A stretch of 64,000 nt of DNA from NCBI GenBank assembly GCA_026023565.1, contig JAPETS010000041.1, positions 124,001 to 188,000 on the forward strand, in the 5' to 3' direction. The DNA comes from Cirrosporium novae-zelandiae. Lineage: Eukaryota. Shown one piece after another: positions 39,320-51,506 of this stretch (position 1 is its first letter; every line of letters starts with the position of its first letter). The translations under genes were made by a program, and so were the position numbers. A model generated the notes under the pieces. The model was not told where the DNA came from, ran no database searches, and worked only from the letters and a program-made list of their open reading frames with translations.

Positions 39320-42300
39320 TCATAAAGCCGTCTGCGTTATTTCAGGATAGTATCCTCGACTCGACTCGACTCCTTGGAATCTGCTTCCGCAGTTTCGAGA
39401 GCTTGTGCTCCCACCAACGGAGCCGTACGACCAGGCACTACCAAAACTAGGGAGCTGACGGTGGTGGTTACTTTGTGGAGAGTCTCGAGGATCCCGACGG
39501 TTGCTGTCGGTCATTTGAGAACGAGAGTCGGACGTGGAGGAAAGATTGAAACCAGATGGGGTGCCATTTACAGGTCTCATGGTTGCCTCCGAAGTAGAAG
39601 AGACAGGACGCGGGAGCTGTATACGATCTTGATGGGTAGACGATCGAGGATCTTCGTGTAATATTGGAGACGGGTAGTATTGATATCCTGGAGTCTCTTC
39701 GATTGCTGCTTCCTCTTCTGCAGTAAGGATCATCTCGACAGGTACATGGGAAGCTGGTGCACCATCGTAGCTGGCAGAGGAAGCCGAAGAAGGTAGTGAC
39801 ATGCTTGCGCTCCGCGAATGACCTTGTGTAGCATCAGGGCTATGATAAGAGTTGCCTCCTAGCCGTGATCCACCACTAACGTCGCTGTAGGAAATAGAGG
39901 GCCGCGATGGTCCCCCTGAGCCTCCAGAAGGGGGCATTGTGCTTCCCGGGCCTCCATCTCCATTTCCGCCAGAACCATCCGGACCCATGCTCGACGAGCT
40001 GTCGCGTGTCCTATCTTTGTAATGTCCTGGAGAGCGGCCCCGAACAATCATAGGCGCAGACTGTTTCGTAGCGATCTTCAAGAACCGAGATTCAGATGAA
40101 CTGCTAGATCTCCCAAGATCAGCGTACAACTCCACCACAAGATTGTAGTATTGTTGAGCTGCTCGTCGCTTTCCGTTGTTCGCAGTGGCTTTCTCAAACT
40201 GAATGCGCTCAAAAACAGCTTGATGAGGAGTTTGTCCTGCGAGTCCTGTTAGACCATTTGAATGATCATACCCCATCGACAGCCCAGAGCCTTGCAGCCC
40301 ACCTGAAACTGAAAACGGAGCCTCGAGCCTGTACGATTGGGAGGACCCAGCGTACGAGCTCAATGACCCCGTTGGATTGGGGAGTACTTTCAGTTTTGCT
40401 GGTTTCGATGTTTCGTCTTTGATTCGCTTGGGAGTATGCTGAACCAAGCCCATGGGTTTTCCCACCTCTCCATCTTGTATGGCAGAAATGGTCAGGTAGA
40501 AGCCATGAATAGGTTCGGGATTCTCTCGGTGGCTATGCAAAAACAATTGCACCGACGGCGCATTCGGTCGCAAGCTGAATGACGATTGGACCGAAAAATA
40601 ATTCCTACGGTAGCATGTCCACTCTGAACCCACTTGGAAAAAGCCCTTGTCAATTTTGGCTTGAACTTCAACATTTATAGGCTGATTGTCCATGGCAGTT
40701 ATGGGGTACAAGATTTTGGTCTTTTCGAATGGCGGTGCGTCCGAATTCATGGCGTTGGGATAAGAGGATGTGGGATCTAGCGTTAATGCATTATTTGAGT
40801 TTAGATAGCTAGGGTTTGATGGGGGTGAAATCGAGCTGTTTATCGAAGGGTCGATTGTTCGTGGGGTGCTATAAAAAGGTTTGGCAGTAAAGTCATTTGC
40901 TGTCCTTGGCGAGAGATTGTGCCTATTCATGCCGGGTGTTGCTGTCGTGTAGTTTTCCCTTGCGGCGCCAACCAACGATGGTGACATGGAGTGGTGGGTG
41001 CCCGGTGAGCGTGAAGGAGGAGGCATTCCGGCAACAGATTGACTGACAGTAGCAGAGATTAGTGTCAGGCTAGATCCGCTTCGTCGTACTGGGGATGAAG
41101 CAGTAAACACGAGAAACAGAAAGAGGAAGGAGAATAAACATACAACGCGGGCATTCGCGGTTTGATGTCAGACATGGTGTGGGCACTGAAGTGGGAATAG
41201 TTTGACACATGCGTAAATGGGGAGGAGGTCGAGGCAGCATCGGGGTCAGTGCTGCAGACAGATGCTCCGTTGTGGAAGACATCCGCTAATGGCGAATAAG
41301 CAATTGTGGAAGACACGGCTGACGCTGGGCTCGTAGATATGGACGCATATGTCGAGTCGGCTGGGCTCACGAAGAGACCAGGATGAGTTTGAAAACTGAA
41401 GTTTCACAAGCATATATTAGCCAAGCCTTCATTGGAGGTCGTCTGGTTCCCGGGGAAGTGTTCTCGAGGATAGCGCACGCTGATAGGCTCGAAAGTGCCG
41501 GATGCACCCCTCAGCTAATGCATGGCTAGAAAACGAACGGTGACGGAGCCTCTCCGCGTGATCGCACGAATGCCACGAGGCTTGTCGCAATAGGGCAAAT
41601 GCGCGACAGACAAAAGAAGCAAATCGTCAATTGATGTGCCACGCAGCTGGACTCATCGGCGGGACGAAGGAGGGGGGCACAGAGATTGATGAACCAGTGC
41701 AACGGAAAAGATGGCGCATGTAGAGAGTAACAACCCACCAGGCACAAGGTCTTGGGATCAAGTAAAACAAAAAAAAAACAAGCAACAAGCAGCAGGAGGA
41801 TCAGGGCCAAATTATGTAGAAATCCAACGAAAGGAGTGGGCTTACTGAACGTCCTGCACCTGGGCATCATTTGTGAGACATGGATAACGGACACTGTTGA
41901 CGAAGCTCAACGACGGAGGATGCAACAGGGAATGGGATAATGAGCCGCCCCGCGGAAGATGTTGCACAACCTCGTCGTTGGCGTAATTCGATGGGCTTGA
42001 GAAGCCTGAAGATTGATTGATAGAGTCTGATTGAGTAGAGGGGGGGTAGTCGGGCTGAAATGGTGACGAGTGGTGAAGGAGCGTTGCTGTAGGTGGTTGA
42101 ATTCCAGGTTAGCGAATCAGACCCAAGACGATGTGGCAGTCAAAAGTGCATCAGCAGGAGCGTGAAGATTTTCGGCTACAAGAGGAAAATCAGGAAATGG
42201 AAAATCAACCATCAGACGATGGCAAAGTGAACCAGGATCAGCCAGAGTATCGGGACGCAGGTAGACCAAGGTAGCCACCGAAATGGCCAGTCGCTGCGTT

Positions 42301-43475
42301 GATATCTGGCCTGGGATCGCTCACGTTGCACAAAGCTGGAGCAGCTTTCTCCAGATCGCCAGTTGGTCTGTTCAGCCGAAGATCAAGGGAAAAATGGAGG
42401 GGCAGGACAATGCGCAGTTTTGCTCGGCCGAAGCGAGACGCAAAAAAGACCCTCACCTCAAAAACAACAGAGGAATTCACAAACTGGCCCACAAAGGCTG
42501 CGGAAGGTGAGATTGATCTTGGGGGAAGTAAAATGGCTCGAGAAAGTGGAATCAGAAGTGTAGAAGTGAAGAAAGGAAGAAAAGAGTTGAGCGAAAGATC
42601 AAGGCACCCAAAGATCACCACCAGTAGTTCAGTAGTTCAGGTAAGTGAGGTCAAGGCACCTTTTTTTCTGAGTAGTCGAGTAACAAGGGTAAGAAGAGCA
42701 AGCAATAAAGGGAACTAGCAAGGTTGAACGAGAAGAAGGGTCGAAAGCTAAAGAGGTTTTAAAGCGGGTATAGATAGCAATTCGAGCAAGTCGAAGCAAT
42801 TCCAGCACTTGGACGGAGCAAGACCCCATTTACTGGGGGATGAATTGGGGGGGTGGGTTGAACATGGATGTTTGAGAAAGGTAAGCCAAGTTAAGGCCCC
42901 CTCGGGGCCAGCAGGTAAGGACCAAGTTGGGGCCAGTGGTTTAAAGAGAGGGGGAGGGGGGACCGGGTAGCTTAGGAGCTTAGGTGCTTAGGTAGGTAAG
43001 ATTAGATAATAATACCCGTGGTCCGTGATCCCCCGACTAGCCCCAAAGTAGATAGTCCAAGAAATTTAATAAACCATCCACCCACCATGGTCGAAATGGT
43101 AATTCGCTTCTTTTGGTCACCACAAGGGTAGAAAATTGGGCTGGCTTCCAAAAAAAATAAAATAATAAAATAATAAAAATCAACCATTCCCCTTCCACCC
43201 CCCCTCCTCCTCTTAACCCTTCCATAAATAAATCATAGTAATAATAATAATAGTAATAATAATAACAACAATAATAATAACCAAGTACAGTACTGGGTTG
43301 TTGTTGTTGTTGTTGTTGTGCAGTGCATGCTTTGTATTTTGCAGTGGAGAAAAGAAAAAAAGAAAAGAAAAGAAAAAAGAAAAAAAAGAAAAACACTTGC
43401 TTCTGGGTAGAATGGCTGGCAATGGTAATCTTCAACAGGTTCATATTGTGTAGATGACAACGTACCGTGGTTCAT
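39320..43475 (-). CDS. NDT80: NDT80/PhoG-family transcription factor (Ndt80/FSD-1-like); long model 741 aa in 4 exons, short model from ATG 41175 (584 aa)
   Basis: KIDKGFF, WTCYRRNYF, LVQHTPKR, FERIQFEKATANNGKRRAAQQYY, IVRGRSPGHY; exons 43475-43466, 42086-41846, 41395-41144, 41042-39320 are phase-compatible; the core is certain, the 5' exons are inferred. Confidence 0.85.
42970..42993. repeat. 8-bp tandem repeat (GCTTAGGW)x3
   Basis: gcttagga gcttaggt gcttaggt. Confidence 0.8.
43236..43393. repeat. Compound microsatellite: (AAT/AAC)n, (GTT)7, A/G-rich tract
   Basis: Directly visible; lies just inside the inferred NDT80 intron 1. Confidence 0.9.
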
Positions 43476-46400
43476 TGGGGAGATAGCCAGGGTCCGAGTG
43501 TGAACACCCAGGTTCACACCACAGATTCCGTTAAAGTCCGTCCGTCCACTCCAATCGTCTCCAGTCTCTTCGGTCAGTACTAAAATTCGTCCCGTCCGAT
43601 CAACAGATCCGATCCCTCAACAAACTGTTAACACAATCACATTCACACAAAAGTTCCCAGGTTCAAAACAACTAATCAAGGCCTTCCAGCCTGCTCAACT
43701 TATGTCTTACCTTAAATTGCTCTTCTACCCTTCTCCCTGATCAATGATCACAAGTGATACACCCCGCGTTCAGAGGAGGCCAGCAGCAGAAATGTCCCGC
43801 GATGATATCCTGTGACGACGGTACAGGATTGGACCTGTTTTGCTGCCACTGCTTACTCGAGACCTCTCCACCCCTTCCTTGCACAATGAAATATTCACAG
43901 ATGAATATCTTCGAGTAATAATACGCCGCCAAGCTCCTACCTTTTCCGCTCAAGGCTTCTGCCGCCTATCAGGGATGACAATTTGCGACGTCTCCGCCGG
44001 GCGTACACAGTAAACGAACCTTGAACAAGACTATCCCCGGGACGAGAGAGCTGGTGACACGAAGGCGTCTGCAGGTGCGACCAAATTAACGCAATAGTCC
44101 ACTCAAGTCCACTTACGGCTTGGCCGATTAAACCCTAAGCTTTGCGGATTCCAGGATTGATCAAGGGTTGGTCCAGGGTTATTTACGGACTATTCAAGGG
44201 TTGGGATCCAGAGTTGCCGCCAATCCCGCGAAGGTGAGAGATGGTCCCAACGATGGCGGGCGCTTGGGGCGATTGAGGGCTCTAGGGCCAAGGAATTGGT
44301 GCGTAAGGGAGCGTAAAGGCCTTTGGGTGGGGTTGCCGCCGCCAGTCCTCGACTTAAAGCCACGCGTGAGAATCAGTACCCTAGTGCAAGGTGAGCAATC
44401 CGAACAAGCAAGCGATGGTCCCCAATTGGTACCAGATCACCAAAAAGCACCAAGGCAAAAACTGGTCTGCAAAATATCTGGGCTATTCTCAACTATCTGA
44501 GAAAGAACGACCCACTTTGTATTGCCCGAATTGCTCTTAACTGCCCTTGTAATGGGAGTAGTGAAAATTAGATGTCCGAGTAATAGTCACTTAGTTTCAA
44601 TCTTCTTTCTCTCCCCTATTTCCTTTTTTTTGGATTTTCCTTTTCTTTTGATGGTAAAATGGTAAAATGCTGTGAGTTGAAAGTGCTTTTACTTCTTAAC
44701 AGTTTAATAATAATTGGAAGTGTTGATCCAATCAAATAACTTCTGTTTCCGGCGACCAGCAAAGAGGCTGTTCGGCAATAAATCCCAGGCTCTCCCTCAG
44801 TCTCTCAGTCTCTTCTTGTCTCTCAGTCTCGTACTCAGTAGATCCTCGGGCTTCTCAGGCCACAAGGCTCCAAAAGCTTTATTAAGGCTTTCAAGGCTTT
44901 TCAACCTCATTCAGAAAAGTCCCCGGTTGGCAGCTGTAATTGAGCTGCGGGTTCCAAAACGGTCCGGTCGCTAGATTGTGTGCACGTACCAACACCCCTC
45001 GAGAATTTGTCCAATCCCCAATGCCTCTCCTGAATTCCTGGATTCCTGGAAAAGATTCCGAGAAAGCAATCTTGGTGAAATCTACTTAATCCGACGTCAA
45101 GCTCACTCAGCCTTCCCTTCTCAGCTTTAGAATGCAGGAATAGTAGCAATCCAAAACCCAGGAACACCAACATGAAATTGCCCGGGATGCAGACTCAATT
45201 AATACTCGGGACGATCCTAAGAGATTATCTTGTTCCTTCTATTTCTCCGCGATCGGCCAGTCCGAGCACTTCCTGATATGTTTGTTTGATGGTTGATGAG
45301 GCGAAATCGCCGATTCACACTTAACCAGGTATATGGACAAGCACCCCGAATTGTCTTAGTTGAGATCAGTATCGCCGCGCAGCACCGCTTGTTGGTCGCT
45401 ACTTGACGGTGATCTTGGGGCGCTGAAAGCTTCTGCTGGAATATCGTGTGCTCTATCGTCTTAAAAATCCTCTGTTATAATGCTAGGTTCTTTGCCTGAT
45501 TGCTGACTGTTTCGGCGCCGGGCGAGGTGTACCTTTTTCCTTCACTACTTATCCTAAGATTGGCTAGCTAGGTCTTCAACAAATAGCCTCTCGAATTGTC
45601 GAGATGAGCAAGATCGTCGTAAGATAGAAAATGTAATTGTTCGAAGAGGGTAGTCTTCCACTGACTTCGATTTGGACGATTCTGGCTGTAACTAGCAAGG
45701 CCTATCTTATATGCCTGTTGAGGTTTGTCTGTCGTTGCTGATTTCATCTGGTTGCGGGCGCGAATAAATAGGTTTCACGAGCTGGCTTTTCTCCTTGAAA
45801 CCCTCGATATGATTTTCTTCTCTCGTCTTTTTGGCAGGATATGTTCAAACAGAGTAGAGCTGTCCACAAATACTAACGAATTGAGGGAAGGAGAGAACGG
45901 ATTGCAAAGTCAAAGTCAAGAGAAAAAAATGGTAGATACTTTGATACTTTTGTGGGTTGTACCCCAGGATTGTGAATACTAGGGGAGGGATTAGAAGGGC
46001 TGATATCTGAGCTCATCTAGCCAAATCGTACTTATGCTACACAGCCAGAGGAGAATAGCGCTGCACTGTCCAGCGGTGGCCGAAATAGGCGTGAGGCTTA
46101 CAGAGCCAACGAACAGCCAGGACTGGAAATTTGGGTATCAATGGAATTAATGGCCATTGGGAACTCGGTGGAAATTCATTGGGTCCTTGGGGATCATCGT
46201 GGCCCACTACTGATTCTGCCGTTATGTCAGCTGCGAGGATGAGCTGCCTGTGCTGATGAGCTGCGTCGGCCTTAACCCGGCAGGGTCTACGAAGGCATCT
46301 TGCAGCTGCGACGTTGCCTCCGTCTCTCTTTCGTCTGGACATTGTTCCTGCGCCGGTGCCAACTACACGGTTGGTGGCGGATCGATACAATGGCTTCGAC

Positions 46401-48686
46401 CGCTTTCGACACCCAGCACGTCCACATCCGCAATATCTAGCATCTGTCGACGCGCTAGAGTTACGGGGAAGAGGTTGTCAAGACTACAGACGAGGACATG
46501 AAGGAAGGAAGAGAGATCTATCCTCTCTCTAGATCTTTGTGTATCTTGGATCGATGCTACGTGCTGTCTAATATGGCCGTCTATGTGTGCCCTCGGGCCA
46601 TGACTCCCTATCATACTGTCCGTTCATCTGCAGGAACACGGGTTCTGTCCTCAATGGCATGATCTTCTTTCCGTCGCTACTTCGAAGTTGATGTTTTCTA
46701 TACTCCAATATGAGCCGCCGTTCTATTATCGATTAGACATAGATCGACATGCCCAATTATAGCAAGTCTAAACATGATGCAAAGCATTTCAGATGATTCA
46801 GAACTCGGGGTCTTGGCATTATCGCAACAGGTCCCATTTTTCATGCAGCCCCAGTGAAGGGGAATGGGGAATATTCAAGCATAAGATGAAATGATGCAGG
46901 CTTTTCTCTGCGCATGTCAAGCTCATGTCATGCCAGCTGGGCTGCATGGTCCTAGAGGGTGATGAGCGACATGGGGGGAGGGGAGAGGAGGTGGTTGTCT
47001 TCCGTGTCTTCCAATGGCTTTCCATCCCGTAGACTTCACAGGTTCAATTATAAGTCCCTATTTATCTATTCCCGATACGGCATGTCCTCGCCACCGCCTC
47101 TAAGAAGATATTGGAGCCATGCAGGCAAGACCTCTAAGCTTCTCAAAATAACTGGGCCCCCACTAGAGCCTCGAAAGCTACAAACTGCTCCAAACGCTTC
47201 TTTACGGTTGGATGCCGGGAGAATCAAGCCGTCAAGCATGAGACTATTCTTTCACGAGAGGCCGAGATGTAGTAACTGTTCTTGTTTCAAGGTCGAAAAG
47301 GCTACCGACTACAACAGGGGAATAAAATTATGAGAAAAAATCAAGGAAATATTCTGTTATCTTTGGACCAAAACATTTAGATAGTAAGAGGGTGAAAATA
47401 GGAATGTTCAGGCCGCCAGGCTTAATTGAGTGTTTGGGGAATGATGACTGAGGAAGAACCAAATGTAAGGATTAGTAGGAGCATGAAGCCGGATCAGCAC
47501 CCATTAGCCAGGTCGAGCTGTCCAGAAACCGGAAAACGAAAAAAACATGGGGGCTTGGGGAGGGTCCCGTGATGGGCAGCTCCACAATCCTTGCCCAGTG
47601 CAGCACTCAGCATTAGTCTTGCATTCTGCATTCCCTTTTACTACTTCGACTTGAATTAGAGATAACTTAGATTGAATGGAGTATTTGATGAATCCATCTG
47701 GAGTAACAGTATGGGAAATGAAAAGATATGATGACCAGTTGGAAATTTGGAAACGATTAGGGAGGACGAGAAGTTTGTTGGGGGGGAAGGAATTTGTAGT
47801 AGTTGTAGCTGGAGCGAGTTATAAAGGTATGATGAGTATGATGGGGGTACTATGGAGAGTAAAGATAGACTCAAGACACCAATCTCTTCATCGGGATTGA
47901 TGGGGATGGTGAGATGAAGCTAAGATTGAGCCAAGAGTAACTAAGTAGCCTACTATCCGTTGCCTCATTCAAAGCCGGTAGATCTTTCCTCATCCAACGC
48001 CTATCAACCAATCCTCCCCCGGTTTCGACTTTTGTTTTGTTTTATTTTTTTTTATTTTTTTTTGAATCTTCGGCACATAATTCATTAGGCTTACGCTTGT
48101 TGGTGTTATGCATAAGCCTAAAAGGAAGAAGGGGGAGGGAGGGGAGGGGGGGAACCAAGAAAGATAGCCCCGTGGAGCTTCTTTTTATTCGTCTCCATTC
48201 TAATCATATTATTGGAGACCTTAAGTTACTAAACTTTACTGAAGAGATGGAGAGGGTAAGAATTATGGGGAAGAAACAGAAAAAGAGGAAGACAACGACA
48301 ACGACGAAGCAGAAGAGGAAGGGGAAAGATAATAGCATGAAATGACCAAGTAATAATATTAATCCAATAGTCGATGTTTTTTTAATAATTGTTGACCGCC
48401 ATCTCATTACCAGGCATAACCCATATACCCACCCATAACACCAATAAGCGGCTACCTAAATAACTTCCAAGTCATCCAAGTCAAGTCACCCTAAATTATT
48501 TCCTGCAATTCTGCAACTCTACAATTCCGCATCTGAAACAGCTTCAACAAGCTTGCCGTCAACACTAGGCTAACTAGGCACTCGGGCAGATGGACAATCG
48601 ACAGCTAGATAATTAGTTAGTTGGTTTAACCTCAGCTCCTTCAAGGGTTCGAGGGGAAAAGAAGAAATAGAGGAATGATTTAAATT

Positions 48687-48731
48687 GTTTAGATCGTTTA
48701 GATCGTTTGGATCGTTCGGATCGTTCGGATA
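48687..48731. repeat. 9-bp minisatellite x5
   Basis: gtttagatc gtttagatc gtttggatc gttcggatc gttcggata. Confidence 0.9.
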
Positions 48732-49014
48732 GAATATTCCGTACTCCAACCTATTTATTTGTTTTGCTATCTATCTAGGTATCTAGATGAATTCATGGCA
48801 CAAATCCAGGCACATTGTCACATCCCCCCTTCTCCCAACCCCCACCTTTGAATACCCTGGGGGATACTTTGGGGATATCTTGGGGATGACCTTGGGGGGG
48901 GGCTTTCATCAGTCAGTTATGATCAGCAGTTCCAGCCACGTCGTCAAAGGCCCAGTGAGGGAAATGCACGGAATTCAATAAACCGGTCAGCTCACTCCTC
49001 TCAGTGAAAATAAG

Positions 49015-49046
49015 TGAATGACTGAATGACTGAATGACTGAATGAC
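49015..49046. repeat. 8-bp tandem repeat (TGAATGAC)x4
   Basis: Four perfect copies. Confidence 0.9.
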
Positions 49047-51464
49047 TTGGATGACTGAGTAAAATCCCAAAAGGCCTGAAATCTCGAAGCGCCGTTGTAG
49101 GCTGCAGCGAGGCTACTCTGACTTTCTACTTTGTTTTCTATGAGACGAGTTAACCCTGAACCTAGATGTCTATCAATTAGGTTGGAACATGACCAGAAAT
49201 GGCATCTGTACAGGTTCACTAATGATTAATTCTGGCATTGTTCAGTGATGACATGTCTTTGACTCGTTAGAGTAAAAGAGGTATGCTGACGTCCGATTTT
49301 CTATTCTGACTCTGACTCTGCCTTGGGGGTTATAAATAAACAAGTGCGGCTACATGAGGAAACAACCTTGCCTATACGCTATTCGGTCCTGTTGATCCTG
49401 TTAACCCTGCTATTTGCTGCCATTTGCTGCGACTCTCCTTGATTGCATATCCCATTGCATTTTTTTCTGCGTCGACATCTTTTTCAACTTGCAACTTACC
49501 ACATCAGCGGCTCCATTTGGACCCCAAATCCGGCCAGAGACACTGCCAGCCGAATAACTTCGAATTCGTATCAGCCTTTTTGATATTTTCGCGTCTTTCC
49601 TCCTGTTGATTTGAATTCTCGTCTTCGCTTCGGCTTACGCTCTCCCCCATTGGATTACCGGTCCCTTGGGAAATATCAAAGCGTCTCTCCGTCCTCTTCA
49701 ACTGTTCGCCAATTGCCAATTACTCGCCTGAAGCAAAAATTTCCCTTAACACATTTCGAACTCACTGAACACACTGAATTACGACGATTAAGATTGCATC
49801 CATTTGATTTGGTCTCGGAAATCAGTCTGGATCATTCAAGGTACATCCCAGGTTCCTTCAGATTCAATAAACCTTTCTGTCGCTATCTGATTGCTGCATC
49901 CTCCCGTTTATGGGATTTTTATCGACGCCTTTTTCTCTCCAATCGGCGAGAAAATTTCGTCACGTCCATCTCAGCTGCCCAGCCTTTCCATGAAGAAAGG
50001 AAACAAGCTAGCTGCCTTGAAATCAATAGGAGACTCAGCAACCATGGCATCCCTTGCTTAATTCTTGACCCTTTAGTCTAATGTTTAGAAGGGAGTCGAG
50101 GTCACTGAGACCTTAAGGGCGAGAGCGGCAAATGTTCAAATATCAGCCGATCCAATGCAACGGCGCGACCCGCGAACAACGCCTCTGCTTCAACTATGCC
50201 CTAACACTCTAAGAGCAAGGTTCAACCTCGCCGAGAGCCTCGTGGGTCCATCTTCCTGTGACACCAGTATTAGTCCCAGAAGCCGATAACTAGAGATTTA
50301 TTAGTCTTCACTCGCCCATGATCGAGCACTCTGACGTAACGTGTCTGCATCTGCCAAGGTGCCTTGTTTCTTCTATCTCTTTCATTCATTTCACGCCCCC
50401 CACCCCCTTTGTCTTTTTTTTTTCATCTGGTCCAGACACTTGCTCAGGAAAAAAAGACCCCATTCCATGGTCCCTTCTCGTCACCATGTGATACACCCGC
50501 TTTGCTCACGATAACAATGACAACCAAACAATTCCTTTGACATTTTAGCCCCTGACCCCGAACATGGCCGTTGGCCGTCAAAGTCGCTCGCCATCATCCT
50601 GGAGGTTCAACCGTTTCCCGTCTGCGCGAATCTTCTCCACTTCGAGTAACGTTTTACAGGATGTACGCAGCAGTGCTCCCTTCCCCGCGACACATTAAAC
50701 CTTTCAACTTTGTTTTCTGTTGCAGCAACTTACCGGTGGCCTCGTGGTTTTTGAGAAGAAAAAGGAGTTCGCAGAATTTACTGTAGCGGTTTGCGAAGGG
50801 GAAGCTGTCCCCTTGGACCATTAAAGCCCCCGTCCCCCATAAGGGTAATACTGTTGCAACTTGGCGGCGGGGCCTGCAGAATCGACACGGCAGCATTCCT
50901 GGTTTTCTCTCCTTCAACTTTGAAGCGCACCGTGGGAGAGTTTATCCCTTCTTCTTTTTTCTGGGACAAAGTAACTAATTGTAGGTTGCACCGTGCGACG
51001 ATCTCGAAAGATCCATCGCCTTTAGTTCCGGGGAGGCCGAAAATCCTTCAAGGAGCTTGTGTAGATCCTTGGGAACAGGTATGACAGCTATCTGGCCAAA
51101 TCTTAACTACACACAACTTTTTTTTTGCATCTAAGGGATACCCCTCCCCTCTCTTTGAAGCTTCAATATTTTTTGAGGGGGTTTCTAATGAAAGGCTAAA
51201 CTTCACATGATATATGAATTTGGGAGAATATGAGGAAAGGGGGGTCCAAGTGTAAACGGACAGACAGATATAGACAAACCCAACCTCTAATAGTCCCCTA
51301 AAACAAACAGTGATGAGGCAATAAAGCCATTTATACCCTAAACTGTATCCTAAATAAAGCCCTTCCTAAACTCACATCATGATGATCTCCACATTGATTT
51401 CACCATAGTTCGTTCCAACATACCTAGATACATTTATTTCAATTATTTTTTTAAACTACTCTCT

Positions 51465-51506
51465 CTTCTTCTTCTTCTTCTTCTTCTTCTTCTCCTCCTC
51501 CTCCTC
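51465..51506. repeat. (CTT)n(CTC)n microsatellite
   Basis: Directly visible. Confidence 0.9.

Noticed and set aside
43037..43517. Poly-F/Q/Y/N/L ORFs
   Set aside because: Translations of intronic microsatellites
38088..48805. Ndt80 MSE matches (GNCRCAAAW) at 38088, 42437 and 48797 suggesting autoregulation
   Set aside because: About one match per ~8 kb is expected by chance on both strands, so three in the ~16 kb scanned is not convincing enrichment
49243..49316. Possible box C/D snoRNA (GTGATGA...CTGA)
   Set aside because: No clear terminal stem, and no perfect rRNA-complementary guide that I could recognise
44168..51084. Numerous 60-156 aa ORFs in the NDT80 upstream region
   Set aside because: Mostly non-ATG starts, overlapping on both strands, no recognisable motifs or consistent splice models
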